A DNA stretch of 63,614 nucleotides, the filler included, from Hyphochytrium catenoides (Eukaryota > Protista > Hyphochytriomycota), in NCBI GenBank assembly GCA_900088475.1. It is 6 parts of 6 records of this genome, joined end to end, with 100 filler letters (N's around TTAATTAATTAA, not from the genome) between each part and the next. Parts side by side here need not be neighbours in the genome. Positions count along the whole stretch, not along the records: positions 45,808 to 50,970 come from FLMG01003572.1; positions 51,071 to 57,044 come from FLMG01001268.1; positions 57,145 to 63,614 come from FLMG01001745.1; 3 more parts are not named here. One strand, written 5' to 3'. Both the position numbers and the translations under genes were made by a program. Of the stretch, positions 48,254 through 60,100 are shown one piece after another (position 1 is the stretch's first letter; every line of letters starts with the position of its first letter). The notes under the pieces were generated by a model that did no database searches, was not told the origin of the DNA, and was given only the letters and a program-made list of their open reading frames with translations.

Positions 48254-48613
48254 TGTTACGAGAGTGAGCGTTACGACTATATGGCAGTGGTAGGAGTTTG
48301 TGGTGCTGAACTCATTGCAGCATCATCTCTCGGGAAATTGTGGCATTGTAGCATCATCTTTGGGAACCTGTGGCTGCAAGCACATGGAGACGACAAAGGA
48401 ACTGGTTTTCTGCTGCTTGGCTGATGTGGAGGATAGGAGATAGGTTGTCTTTCTCTAGCTATGGAAGGGCTTCTTAGAGGTTCAGAGGAGCTCAGCTGTG
48501 TGAGTTGAGATAGGCTTATTGGTGATGTAGAAGATGGCACTTGTTGGTGAAGCGTCGAGATGTAGCTAGAGTTATCAGTTAAGAGCACTAGCTCACAAAC
48601 TAATCATTCATCA
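48254..48613 (+). repeat. copia 3' LTR (about 360 bp)
   Basis: Purine-rich PPT GAACGAGTGGAAG (48241-48253) immediately followed by TGTTACG; candidate end TTCATCA at 48613 (right boundary inferred). Confidence 0.65.
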
Positions 48614-48637
48614 AGTTCCATAAGAAAAAGCACTCAG

Positions 48638-50782
48638 CTAAACATCATCGTCATACGTGAAAGTTGCAGGCATATAAGCTTTGAAAGCTTTGGCAAGGTC
48701 TCGGAAGTTTGTGAAAGAATGACAAAAGGGAGAGGAGCCTCCTTTGAACCCGAGACCAGGAGAAGTCAGCAATACCCCCATCTGTTCGGTTGCGCAATTG
48801 AGTAGCTGAAGAAGCTTTTCCTCGATCTGCTCACCAGCGCAGAGACCATCCTCAATATGGACGCCTTCATAGTTTGCCTTGGTTGGCAATTGCTCGGGTA
48901 CAGTAGTGTCTCCCCTTCTCTTTGTTACAAGTCTTGAGACCAACATATTCTCAATTGATGCTCTGAATCCTTCAAATGTTGCCTGGTAGCCTTTCAGGCC
49001 ACATGAGGACGCTCTCAAGCCAGATCGGAAGGTACAGTTTAGAATCTTCTCCATCTTTTCGACGTAATGCAGCATCTCGGAAATTGTAAACTCTCGTCTC
49101 CACATCCGCAATAAGCCAAACATGTGTTCCGCTGGTTCGCTGGTAACCAACCTGAATCTGGTAACGTCAGCCCTCATAACCAGACATACTGTGCCTAGTA
49201 CGGCAGAAGCAAGGTTCCGAAGGGTAGTGATGTGAACGCCCTTTAGACTCGTAAACCAGATTAGGCTGCTCCAAAGATAGCACACTCTAATGTCTCTATC
49301 GAGACTGTCAGAGTTGGCCCCAATAAGTAGCGTTCGGAGAAAGAATAGGCATAGCCCCGTAGCTGCAACTGAACCCTCATCTTCATTCGCCAGCGCGCAG
49401 AGCTTGTCCATCGACTCCAAAGAACACAGGCGAAGTACCAACGCGTCTGACGTGTGGTCCGTAACTTGCACTAACTCCTTCGCGATGCCAGCTTCCAGTA
49501 GCAATCCTGGGTCAACTACGTTTGCTCCCGCCGTAATCAAAGATGAGCCCAGAACCAGTTGAGACCTTAAAGCTTTACCCACGTGGTTCATATCCATCAG
49601 TCCTACTAGCGATGACTTTGACTGCAGAAAGCCCAGCAACTTTCCTCTAATAAAGTCTGATTCGCTTGCAAGCCCATCCACACGAAACTGAGACCAAGCG
49701 GACGCCCTCTAAGCTGGAAAGAATTTCCACAACGTACTCGTTGAAATCAGACAGCTCGTTGGTAGACTGTGGACGGACAGCCAATAGCGTCATAGGGCAA
49801 ACTCCCGAACGTCCATTGTGAGCCGACAAGACAGCACACTTTACCTCCGAAGCCAGCTGCTTCACATCAACGTTCTCAACTGACAGTCCGTCACAGACTT
49901 TTTCGGCGTGATTCGGAGCAATCTTGCCAACGCGAATTTGATGAGTAGCATTCACCTCAAGCCGCTTTGGGACCTTCGTGGCATCGATTGCCAACGACAC
50001 CACCAACGTTTCACTCTTCTCATCCCCCTCATTGAGGTCACCCACTCATTGCAACGTTGTATAATGCTCTCGAGATCCAAATCAATTGCGATAGTCCGAG
50101 TCCTTCGATCAGCTGAACCTATCCGCTGCAGCTGCCTGACGCTGACAGTCAGAAGGTTGGCCTGCATAACGTCGTAAGCAGCCTTGCTCCTCAATCGCAT
50201 CACTTGACAAAAGTCGATGAGCTTTGCGGCATATTGAGGGTTCATAAGACCGCTCATCTTAGCCACGTAAGCCTTTGCCAGACCGACCAAAAGAGAATCT
50301 CTAAACTCTGGTTGGGAGTGATAGAGGACGTGAAACTGAGTGATAAAAGCGTCCGGCTTCAGAATACCCCTCTTCTCAGTACTACTAGTTGGAAGTGATA
50401 CTCCAATCGCGCTCAGTGCTCCTTTATGCTTGACACACCAGTCGTGGTAAGAGAGGAAGTCTCTCACCCGTTTAAACAAGGCTTTTTTGGCATCATTCGT
50501 GTGCTGATTGCCATGAGAGAAAGTTTTTAGTCGCGTATAATCGTCCTCGTCTAACACTGCCGAGTCTCCGAATGCTGGAGCGTCCAAGATCTTCATCACC
50601 CCGGCGATATCGATCCTCCGTTTGAGGCGCTTCCTGAGGGGTCCTGTCTCTAGGGCTAGGCACTTATCACAAGGACCACTTTTTGCTTTCCCAGGACGCA
50701 GGCCCTTGTTGAGAGCAGAAGCTGACAAGAGCTCTAAGAGGCTCACAGTTCCAGACTCTATCTGACAAGAGGAAGAAGGCAC
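48638..50782 (-). mobile_element. P-element/THAP9-like DDE transposase, frameshifted
   Basis: SK.AY..M..NL..VS.RQLQR, VSLAIDATKV (D1), VSVS./DG (D2), DMNHVGKALR (DxxH..K..R) and SEPAEHMFG..R (E). Three ORFs joined by frameshifts at about 50040 and 49680. Confidence 0.65.
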
Positions 50783-50970
50783 AAAACAAAGTGTTTCGGA
50801 GTTATGATAACTAGATTATTATCATTAGGTAAGTTATCACACGACGACAAGAAGTAGTAACTGGGTCTAGTAGTTTATACGAGACACAGTTACTCTCCAG
50901 AGCAACTAGACAACGCGATAACTAGGAAACAGGGTCCCATAAGCTCTTCATACTCACTTCGAGCATATTA

Positions 50971-51070
50971 NNNNNNNNNNNNNNNNNNNNNNNNNNNNNN
51001 NNNNNNNNNNNNNNTTAATTAATTAANNNNNNNNNNNNNNNNNNNNNNNNNNNNNNNNNNNNNNNNNNNN
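50971..51070. other. Artificial contig spacer
   Basis: TTAATTAATTAA at 51015-51026 within Ns. Confidence 0.97.
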
Positions 51071-51414
51071 TTGAAGGGATGGGTGGGCCGGCAAATCGTC
51101 ATCCATGCTTATTATTAGGCCGAGAGGCTATTCTTAGAGAGAACCCATCCTTCCTTATAATATTCCGCCTAGGGCTGTGTAGGTGAGTTTATAGCGGGCG
51201 TTATTTCTCAATCCTATTCCGCACATCACAACCTGCAGCCGTGCAACCATCAGCAGAGCTCCTCAGGGGAACAGAGAGAGAGACACAGAGAGAGAGAGAG
51301 AGAGAGAGAGGGGAAGAACAGGAGAGAGAGAGAGAAAGAGAAGAAAGAGAGAGAGAACAGGGAGAGGAGAGAGGGTAAAGAGGAGGCAGAGGAGGGAGGA
51401 GCGACAGAGAGAGA

Positions 51415-51460
<46 letters not shown>

Positions 51461-52722
51461 CAAAGCAAGCAAGAGTTGAAGGAGCAGCCCTCTGAATGAA
51501 GGGAGAGATGAGCAGAAGAAAGGTAGAATTAAGGTGCTGTCCTTCTTAGGGAAAGAGCTAAATGGACCGATGATCAGCGGTGGTGAGGCAAGAGTCAGAG
51601 AGAAGACCAAGCAGGAAGGAAGGTGAGAGGGGGTTGATGGTGACGAGGTACACAGGCAGATGGGCAGCAAGACGAGAGAGGCTCAAAACTGAGAAGATGG
51701 AAGAAGAAAGAGAGAGAAAACCTTAAGATATGCGGGAAGTGTGAGAAGAGGAGAAGAGAGAGCTCTTCTTAGTAGGAGCCGCTGACGGTAAGCGTACGGC
51801 AAGGATCCTGCCCTCCTCTCAGATCCAGACCGCAAAGCACTTGTAATGCCCTGATGGGAAAGGATTGGCGACTTCCTCCAGATCTCTCCGCATCCTTTAT
51901 GATAGGAAGAGGATGGATTGCTCCCTTTGTCTGTCCTTTCTCTCTTTTCTCTGAATAACAGCCTTCCTGCTTGCGATCATAGCGCTTATCTTTTTTATAT
52001 CTCTCACCTCAATCATGGCCTGTCTCCCTTTATCTCTATGTCTCTAATTCTCTCTGTCTCTCTCGTCTTCTCTCTTCCACTGGCCTTCCCCGCAGGTTGC
52101 ACCATATGGCCCAGTAGCCGCTTGGTCCCCGACCTTTAGACCAAGGACAACGCAGAGGAGTGATGTGGATCTGCCGCTAGGACGCAGCAGATCTCTTTCC
52201 TTCTTACGATCTTCCCCATCATCCCGGAAAAAACTCGCTGCTTCCTTGAGCTTGTTTCTCTCTCTCCTTCTCAAATGTTTTCTCTCTCACCTTCCCAGTC
52301 TGACCTTATACTTGCCCCCACGATGCCTGCTCTTAGAGGATGGTGCTTCTATTTTAGGTGATGATCTGCTGGGGAGCGCCCTGTAGTTGCTATATAAAGC
52401 CGAAGATAATTATTCATNNNNNNNNNNNNNNNNNNNNNNNNNNNNNNNNNNNNNNNNNNNNNNNNCTCTTTTTTTTTCTGTCGTCCTCCCCTGTCAACCA
52501 TCCTGACCCTCCTCTCCTTCTTGATGGCGCTCTCATCTCCAATGAGTCTCGTGCACTCTTCCTCCTTCTCTCTTGTCTCGGTGTAGCGGATCCCGACGAG
52601 CCGGGGTTGTCTGACCGGGCCTGCTCTTTCCCTCCTCATTCCCAAACTTCCCAGCCAACAGCCAACCATCCAGCAGCGAACAAGCAAGCGATCCGAGTCC
52701 AACTCTAGAAAAGCAGAGAAAT

Positions 52723-54096
52723 ATGTCTTCCACCAAGGGACTGACCAACCTCCGCCCCCAGACCATGCAGCCAAGCAGCTCCCCCAGAGCTGTAAAGGCC
52801 CAGCAGGTCTCAACCCCCAGCAAGCAGCAGCCTCAGCAGCAGCAGCAAAAGCCCCAAACCCCCGGCAAGCAGCAGCCTCAGCAGCAGCAGCAAAAGCCGC
52901 AAACCCCAGGCAAGCAGCAGCCTCAGCAGCAGCAGCAGCTGAAGCCGCAAACTCCAGGAAAACAGCAGCCTCAGCAGCAGCTGAAGCCGCAAACCCCAGG
53001 CAAGCAGCAGCCTCAGCCTCAGCAGCAGCAGCAGAAGCCGCAGACCCCTAACAAGCAACAGGCTCAACCCAAGACTCAGCAGCCTCAGACTCCCAGCAAG
53101 CAGCAGGCTCCTCAGCAGCAGCAGAAGCCTAAGAGCCCAGGCAAGCCTCAACCTCAGGCACCACAAACCCCTAATAAGCAACAGGCTCAGCCTCAGACAA
53201 AGCCTCAGACGGTCAGCAAACCGCAGCCACAGGGCCCACAGCAGCAGCAGGGGAAAGGCAAGCAGCAGCCTCAGACTTCTATCCCAAAGAACGCTTGGGG
53301 TCCTAAGCCCGCTGGCAAGCCAGTCAGCAAGCCTTGCAAGCTAACCGACTATGAACTCATCTTCTGCGACTCTTTCATCCAGACTCTCTTCCTTGGTGGA
53401 GGTGTCTCTCCGTCTACCTCAACCCCCACCAAGCCCTCTCAGAAGCCCCAGCCAGTGAAAACTAGTCCTCCTACTCCTAAGAAGCAGGGAGACAAGAAGG
53501 AGAAGACGGAGAAGAAGCCAAAGACTCCTGGCACTCCCAAGAAGCAGAAATTCCAGGTGGCCAAGAGAAAATCCTCCAAGCCTAAGACTCCTAAGAACAA
53601 CACCGTCGACTATGAGGTCATCTTCGAGGGGTCATTTATTTCCTCTCTCCTAGGAGGAAACCCCTCTGTCCAAACCCCTCAGACACCCTCAAAGATGGCT
53701 TCCAAGCCTTCTACCCCTGCTTCTCAGCCTCAGACCCCAGGAAAGAAGGCCACTCCCACTCCTGAGAGGCGCAACTCAGGGCTAAAGGGTTCAGAGATGA
53801 GCACCGTGGATCCTGATGCCTTCCTTAACACTTTCTTCGAGGAGAAGGTAGCCAAGAACACTTGCGGTTGCACTGAGGACTGTACCAGTAAGCCCCAGTC
53901 CAAGGCTACCAAGAGCCCTAGCAGCCCCGTAAAGAAGGCCGTGCAATGCCCTGCTTCTGTCTCATCTCCTTCTAAGAAGAACATGTGCAAGGGACAGGAG
54001 AAGGCTCCAGCCTCCCCTCGCCAGGCCACCCGCCCCCGCAGGGACTCTGAAGACATCATTGACCAGAGCTTCGTCCAGAGAAAGCTGAGCCAGTAA
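52723..54096 (+). CDS. Gln/Pro/Lys-rich disordered repeat protein (457 aa)
   Basis: Intact ATG..TAA ORF with strong codon bias (CAG, AAG); tandem QQPQQQQQKPQTPGK repeats; many (S/T)PxK motifs. Confidence 0.8.
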   Translation: MSSTKGLTNLRPQTMQPSSSPRAVKAQQVSTPSKQQPQQQQQKPQTPGKQQPQQQQQKPQTPGKQQPQQQQQLKPQTPGKQQPQQQLKPQTPGKQQPQPQQQQQKPQTPNKQQAQPKTQQPQTPSKQQAPQQQQKPKSPGKPQPQAPQTPNKQQAQPQTKPQTVSKPQPQGPQQQQGKGKQQPQTSIPKNAWGPKPAGKPVSKPCKLTDYELIFCDSFIQTLFLGGGVSPSTSTPTKPSQKPQPVKTSPPTPKKQGDKKEKTEKKPKTPGTPKKQKFQVAKRKSSKPKTPKNNTVDYEVIFEGSFISSLLGGNPSVQTPQTPSKMASKPSTPASQPQTPGKKATPTPERRNSGLKGSEMSTVDPDAFLNTFFEEKVAKNTCGCTEDCTSKPQSKATKSPSSPVKKAVQCPASVSSPSKKNMCKGQEKAPASPRQATRPRRDSEDIIDQSFVQRKLSQ

Positions 54097-54351
54097 ACGT
54101 CAGTCTCCCCTCCCTACCCTTTCCCTAAGTTCCTTACCTTTTCTCTCTCCCACTCTCTCTCTCTCCTCTCGTACCTCAATACTCTTGCTGACTGACTTAA
54201 CGAAGGCATTGGCCTGGCGCTAGATCATAGAACGGCTAGTGTAACATAAATAGGATTACAATTGATATGCAGATGACAGGCTCAAATCCTCTCTGACACC
54301 GTGGAGCTTCTTTTACAGCCAAGAAAACAATTTGGTAGAGATCTTGGAAAT

Positions 54352-54388
<37 letters not shown>

Positions 54389-55088
54389 GTAGATAGAAAG
54401 AGAAGGAGTGGGTGATGCCAGTAAGGAACAGGAGGGAGGAAGTGCTATCAAAAGATTGCTTTTGCCACATAATCTGCTACACACAAGGCGGGCGGGCATC
54501 CGGGTAAGCAGGCAACAAGACAGAGGAAGGATCAATGACGACCAAGAGACAGACCCGCAGCCAGCCGGACAGACAGGGAGACAGGGAGAAAACCTGAAGC
54601 AGCACATATCCCAGGGGTAAGAGGGTCAGGAGCCTGGAGGTGAGAAGATGAAGAAAGGGAGAGGCGGAGGAGACAAGGGAATAAAGAAAGCGAGAGAACT
54701 GAGTTGACTAGGCATACCTACCTTTAAAACAGAGATGTTAGTAGATTAAGAAGGCGTTAGGGCTGCCAATTCCTTAGTCATAAGAGGAGAGACATGGAAA
54801 CCTCGAAAGAAAGGAAAGAGAAGAAGGAGAGGCAGAAAGGACAGCAGAGAGATGGAGCGACAAAGACAAAGAGAGAGAACAGACGAGCGAGAGAAAGAGA
54901 GAGCGCAGAGAGAGACTGACACACACACACACACACAGAGTGTGGAGAGAAGACGGAACACTTTATAAGATTGGCAAGATAGGTTTAGTTAGCAAACGTA
55001 AGGCAGTTTAGCAAGAGGCAGTGGACTTTGCCCTACGATTCGAGCTGCAACAAGTTTATATTATCCACTAATAACGTTAGCATTTCTT

Positions 55089-56223
55089 TCATTCCAGGTC
55101 TTCGTACGCCTTCAGCTTTCTCCCTGACGGAACCTTTCCAACCAGTCTGTCGTAGACTGCAGAAGGCCAAGCTGACTCTTTGGCCTCGGGGGCGGTGGAG
55201 TTCGGATCTCTCTCTCCCTTCTCTCCGTCCAACTCTTCCATGAAGCGAGGAAGACTCTCCTGTGCGTGCTCCCTTTCCAGTTCTTCTTTGATGTCTTTCA
55301 ACGCTGATGTCGTATCCACAGCGAAAGTCCGTCTCTGATCTATGTACTGGAGATAACCTAAGCCTACCACTACGAGGATGTAGAAAGCCGCTGAGGATAA
55401 AGCGAAACGTTAGAGGGGCGGCAGGGTAAAAAAATAGGGTCAGGAAAGGATGCGAGAGTGGAATGAGGAAAGAAGAGTTCAGTTCAAGACGAAGCTAGTA
55501 ATTAATCTCAAGTGGGAAAGAAGAAAAAACAAGAGAGAGACATAGACACACACAGGCTAAAAAAGGGCAAGAAGTGAGAGAGGAGAGAGAGACGAGTAAA
55601 AGCATGACGACAAAGTCCCAAGGGGAGACACGGCCAGATCAGACTTAGAAAGAGAGACAAGACCAAGAGAGCGAGAGCAGGAAAGCCTGGTACAGTCGCT
55701 GCTAGCGGCAAGATATGTCGCTTCTTACCTGCCCAGAAGCATGAAGAGGCTGCCGTGTGTGGATGGTGGATCGGTCCTTTGACATATAAAGGCTGGGTCT
55801 TGAGGAGTGTCCCTATGAAGGTCTGACAAAAGAAGGGATGCTATGAGAAAGAGCACCAGAAAGAGCACCAGCAAGTGATAGGCAGAGGACTGCACTAATC
55901 GAGCTGCAGAAGGCAGACAGAAGATTCTGGAGAGAAGAAGGGATGAGGGCAAGGCCGTCCGAAATGAGCCGGGTCTTCTTACCAGAAACGTAGCTCCTCC
56001 AACGGAGAGTAAGAAGCAGCATCCTCTCTGGAAGATAACAATATAGTGTTAGGCCGTTGATCGTCCTTCCCACCTCTCAGTCTCAGACTTGCTCTCGTGT
56101 CTCTCTCTGCCTCTATCTCAGTATGAAACATTTAGACTCTCCGATGTCCCTTTTTTGCTGTACTCTTCCGCACGCTAAGATTACCAGGCCCTGACATCCA
56201 ATCCCAGGCTGCTTGGCTGCCAT
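55089..56223 (-). CDS. RNASEK: RNase kappa / V-ATPase subunit f-like small membrane protein (exons 56223-56185, 56027-55983, 55822-55729, 55390-55089; 159 aa)
   Basis: Spliced product MAAKQPGIGCQGL-RGCCFLLSVGGATFL-TFIGTLLKTQPLYVKG...AASSCFWA-AAFYILVVVGLGYLQY shows the two-TM RNASEK pattern (CC..LS..G..FL..G ... CF.AA..Y). Three GT..CAG introns are in phase. Confidence 0.7.
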
Positions 56224-56426
56224 CTTCGTGAAAACTCTAACTGTCTAGGACCAAGACAATGGCAGATACTGCTGGTTGGTTGCTGAGTTGTCTTTGTTGC
56301 ACGTCTAGCTGATGGCTAAGGGATGCAAGGATACGCAATAATGAAGAACCTCCGGAAATAGTGCAGCTTTCGCTAATTGTTCTCCTAGAACTGGACAGTG
56401 GGCTCTGTCCGGCGGTCCAGAGGCAG

Positions 56427-56546
56427 TCAATTAAACTCCCAGAGCCGCCAATAAGTGAAGCGATAAGCTTGCTTTCCCAAACAGTGACAGACCCATGACT
56501 CAGTTCCAAAGTTGAGGCCTCGGGACGTCTGTGGGAGAACTGACAC

Positions 56547-56582
<36 letters not shown>

Positions 56583-56780
56583 TGAGAAAGAAAGGAGAGG
56601 CAGAGAGAGCGCCAAGCCAAGAGAATAAGCCTCAGAGAGGGAACATAGGCTCAAGAGGAGAGGGAGCGGCAAGCCATCAACATCTGCCAGTACCCACTTC
56701 ACTTTCCCATAGATAATGTTAGCAAGGTTCGCATCAGAACGCCCTAATCGGGAAGCGGGACTGAAACTCCTCTCTGTCAT
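56427..56780 (-). CDS. Possible 3' end of an unidentified spliced gene
   Basis: ..DANLANIIYGK / CT-rich intron ending CCCACAG / TSRGLNFGTESWVCHCLGKQAYRFTYWRLWEFN*. No family recognised. Confidence 0.25.
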
Positions 56781-57044
56781 CAGGACGATAGTCTATTTAT
56801 TCCGAACAAGATAAGCGTGATAGCCTGTATTCCGAATATACAAGAGGAACCCATACTGTGCGTCACACCACCTCAAAAATCATGGTTATAGTTATCATCG
56901 ACATGATTTAATTTGGTTCACAATCAGCGCAAAGCATAACTCCAAGGTTATTACTTGTAGGACCAGAGTTGTTTTGGGTAGAATCCCTAAGCCGATTTTG
57001 ACTCATTATAATGAGGTAATTTATCGAGACCTCCCCCCGGAACA

Positions 57045-57144
57045 NNNNNNNNNNNNNNNNNNNNNNNNNNNNNNNNNNNNNNNNNNNNTTAATTAATTAA
57101 NNNNNNNNNNNNNNNNNNNNNNNNNNNNNNNNNNNNNNNNNNNN
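57045..57144. other. Artificial contig spacer
   Basis: TTAATTAATTAA at 57089-57100 within Ns. Confidence 0.97.
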
Positions 57145-60100
57145 GGTACACAGCTCCCCCAGATGCATGAGTGCCGGCACCTCCACTGATCGCGACCTTC
57201 CCGCCTGGTCTATTGTCGGACGTGCTCAAGCCGGCGGCGAGCTGGATTGACCCTCCAATGTCGCCTCTTTCAGCCATGGTTGAGCCCGCTAATAGTGAGA
57301 TTGATCCGGCAAGTCCAGCTTGAGAATCACTAGCTCGCAAAATAATGGAACCAGTGGGTCCATTGGAAGACCGGCCTGTTTGAACAAGTATGGAGCCACT
57401 ACTACCGAACTTTGATTCACCTGATAAGAGGGTTATGTTTCCGCTAGTTGTGTCCTTCGACCCTAGAGCGACCCCAGATGAGACGATGACCGAACCCCCC
57501 GAGCTCTGCCTAGAGGAACCGGCTTCAAGTTTGATATCGCCGCCCCTCCCCAGTTCGCTGCTGCCACCATTTAGCTCAATGGCACCACCTTCTTCTTGGT
57601 AGGCGTCGCCTCCGGATACGATAGCTAGACCACCGTTTCGTTGCTCTGAAAACCCGCCATGTATGGTGACGTTGGCCCCTGACGAATCGATACTAGATCC
57701 CACCTTCAGCAGAACTGCCCCGGCGGAGCCCTTCTCAATGGCGTCGCCTGATACAATAGAGATTTCGCCTGTAACTCCGGATTGCACAGATCCAGTGGAT
57801 ATCAGCGTTTTGCCACTCTGAGCTTTACTAGCATTAGCAGAGGACATTAGGAGGTGTCCGCTAAATTCAGATCCGTAGCCTGACAAGATCTCAGTGCTAC
57901 CTCCAAGTCCCGAAGCAGAGCCAGCCACAATAGATACTCTAGCCCCGATTTCGCTCGAGGAAGATCCTGCAGCAATGTCCACACTCCCTGCCAGTCCGTT
58001 TGAGGAAGTCAAAGAGCCTGCCAGAAGGGTGATATTTCCTGCTTCAGCGGCAAAGCCACCTGCATTCCCAGCTACCATTAATATGTTGCCACTGGCTCCT
58101 GTCGTAGCTGTCCCGCTGGAAAGAGTCAGCATCCCGGAGGACGATGACTGCGAATTTCTCCGGAAGCCGAGGTCAGTAGGACCTGAACCAACAAATACGT
58201 TGCCTGTTTGGCCGTGTTCAACCCAACCACTTCTGAGTGACAAGGCACCTGAGCTTGCGTGTGAAGCTCCAGTAGCGATGCTGATGTCTCCTGACCTTTC
58301 ACTTGAAGCGTTACCCGTACGCAGCTGAATCAAGCCAGTCCGTTGTTGATGTTCACTATCTGCGGATTTCATGAGTATGGACCCAGTCCTCCCATCCTGA
58401 GATGCACCACCGCGCAGCTCCAAGGAACCACCCTCGGCATGATGTCCTTTGCCGCCAGACACTCTTACACCTCCCCCTCCTACACTAGTAGGACTAAAGC
58501 CGGTGGCTCCACCACCGCGCAGCTCCAGTGTACCGCCAACGGCGGCTTCTTTCAAGGAGTATGTGTCCCCCGCAGCGACCGTGACAGAGCCTCCGCGCCC
58601 CCCATTTCCGGAGCCCGAAAGGATTGAGATGGTCCCCGCTCGGCCCTCGTTCGACAGGCCCGAACCAGAGCTAAGAACCACAGACCCGGAACGTCTTTCC
58701 GCTGACTGAGAGGAAAGTAAAACGTTACCACTATCTCTGCCTCCATGTGCTGAGCGAATAGAGATTGAGCCGCTCCTGGATTTAGAAGAGGACCCGCTCT
58801 GTATGTCAACAGATCCTCCATCTACTTCTTCGCTTGATCCAGCTTCCAGTGTCACAGAACCGCCTTTTTTCTCTGTTGAATGGCCAGATCTTAGCTTGAG
58901 GAAACCCCCCTCGGAACCTGCAGTGATCTCCACAGCACCTCCAAGGGAAGGAGAGTTTGTGCCGCCACTACCTGCGGATAAAGTTATATTGCCCGCCACA
59001 CCAGTTAAACTGCTGCCTGTCCCAATAACAATGTCCCCACTGGAGCCATCCGAGGCCGCTCCCGAGTTGACGATCAACGTCCCACTCTTGCCTTTGCCCC
59101 CCGCACGTTCGGAGGCGATAGTTACTGCACCACTTGAGCTCTGAGCGGATGTGCCAGAGCTTATCTTCACTGCTCCTCCGTCCCCTCCTCCGACAGCCGC
59201 ACCGGCAGATAGAATGATGTCCCCACCCTTAGCTTCAGGGGACTTCCCAGTGTTTTTTCCAGCTTCCAAGAACACTTCGCCTCCGGACATGGGTCCAGAG
59301 TGTTCAGAAGCTAAGAAAGATCCCGCTTTAAGATGCATATCTCCCGGAGATGCTTCTAAACCCTTCGCATCTCCCGCTCCTGCTTGAATAGAGCCTGCCT
59401 GGCCCTGAACACTGGATCCAGAAGAGAGCAATATCTTGCCTGAAGAATGTACTCCTGACCCAGTCAAAAAATAAAGATCTCCTGATGCGCCTGCAGACAA
59501 CGATGTTGCTATGGTGACATTTCCGGACTTAGTGGTGGATTCTCCGCTAGCGATGGCGATTTCCCCAGAGGCCGCGCTGGCTGACCGCCCGGTGACCAGC
59601 CTTAGCCCGCCGCTTCTGCCTTTAGTGGCATACGCACTTTGAAAGGAAATGTTTCCGCTCCCAATCTCTGCACTGGCACCACTGCGTACTTCCACAGAAC
59701 CTGCGACACCTTGAGCCGCATCACCGCCATGGATTTGCACCATTCCGCCTGTCGCTTTTCCTTTCAAACTACTTCCCGCAGAAATAAGGGTAGACCCTGC
59801 TGCGCCCTCCAAGGCAGCATTGGATCCTGCACTTAATCGAATATTCCCACCCGTCCCCCCTGTCGCCAGGCCTACACTCAGTAGAAGTGATCCACTTCCT
59901 CCTGAAGGGTCTTCGGTATCAGTCAATGAAGCAGCTCCTGTGTATATTGAGACATCTCCACTGCTGCCCTTGTTTGCCTTAGAGGTGTTTAGGACTAATT
60001 GCCCGCTTCGTGCCAAACCCTCTTCTCCGGTTACGGACGTCGCAATCTCGATGTCTCCACTCGAACCAGAACGGGAACCCCCGCTTCTAATAGCAACCTT

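Larger units (their letters stand above)
45918..48613 (+). mobile_element. 5'-truncated Ty1/copia LTR retrotransposon (INT-RT-RNase H-PPT-3' LTR)
   Basis: INT-RT-RH order. IKVLRTDGGGEF, PYTPQQNGLAERKNR, KARLVARGFTQ.EG.DY.ETFSPV, QMDFKTAFLNG, LRKSIYGLKQA, YVDDLLIA, DADWAG..DRKSTSG, SSTEAEY, RTKHI, ADVLTKAL. Confidence 0.95.

Noticed and set aside
52810-54059. Leu-rich antisense ORFs
   Set aside because: Reverse-strand reading of the CAG repeats of the Q-rich gene.
25171-57100. Five identical TTAATTAATTAA motifs as a biological repeat
   Set aside because: Each is centred in exactly 44+44 Ns: an artificial six-frame-stop contig linker. Gene neighbourhoods across these points are meaningless.
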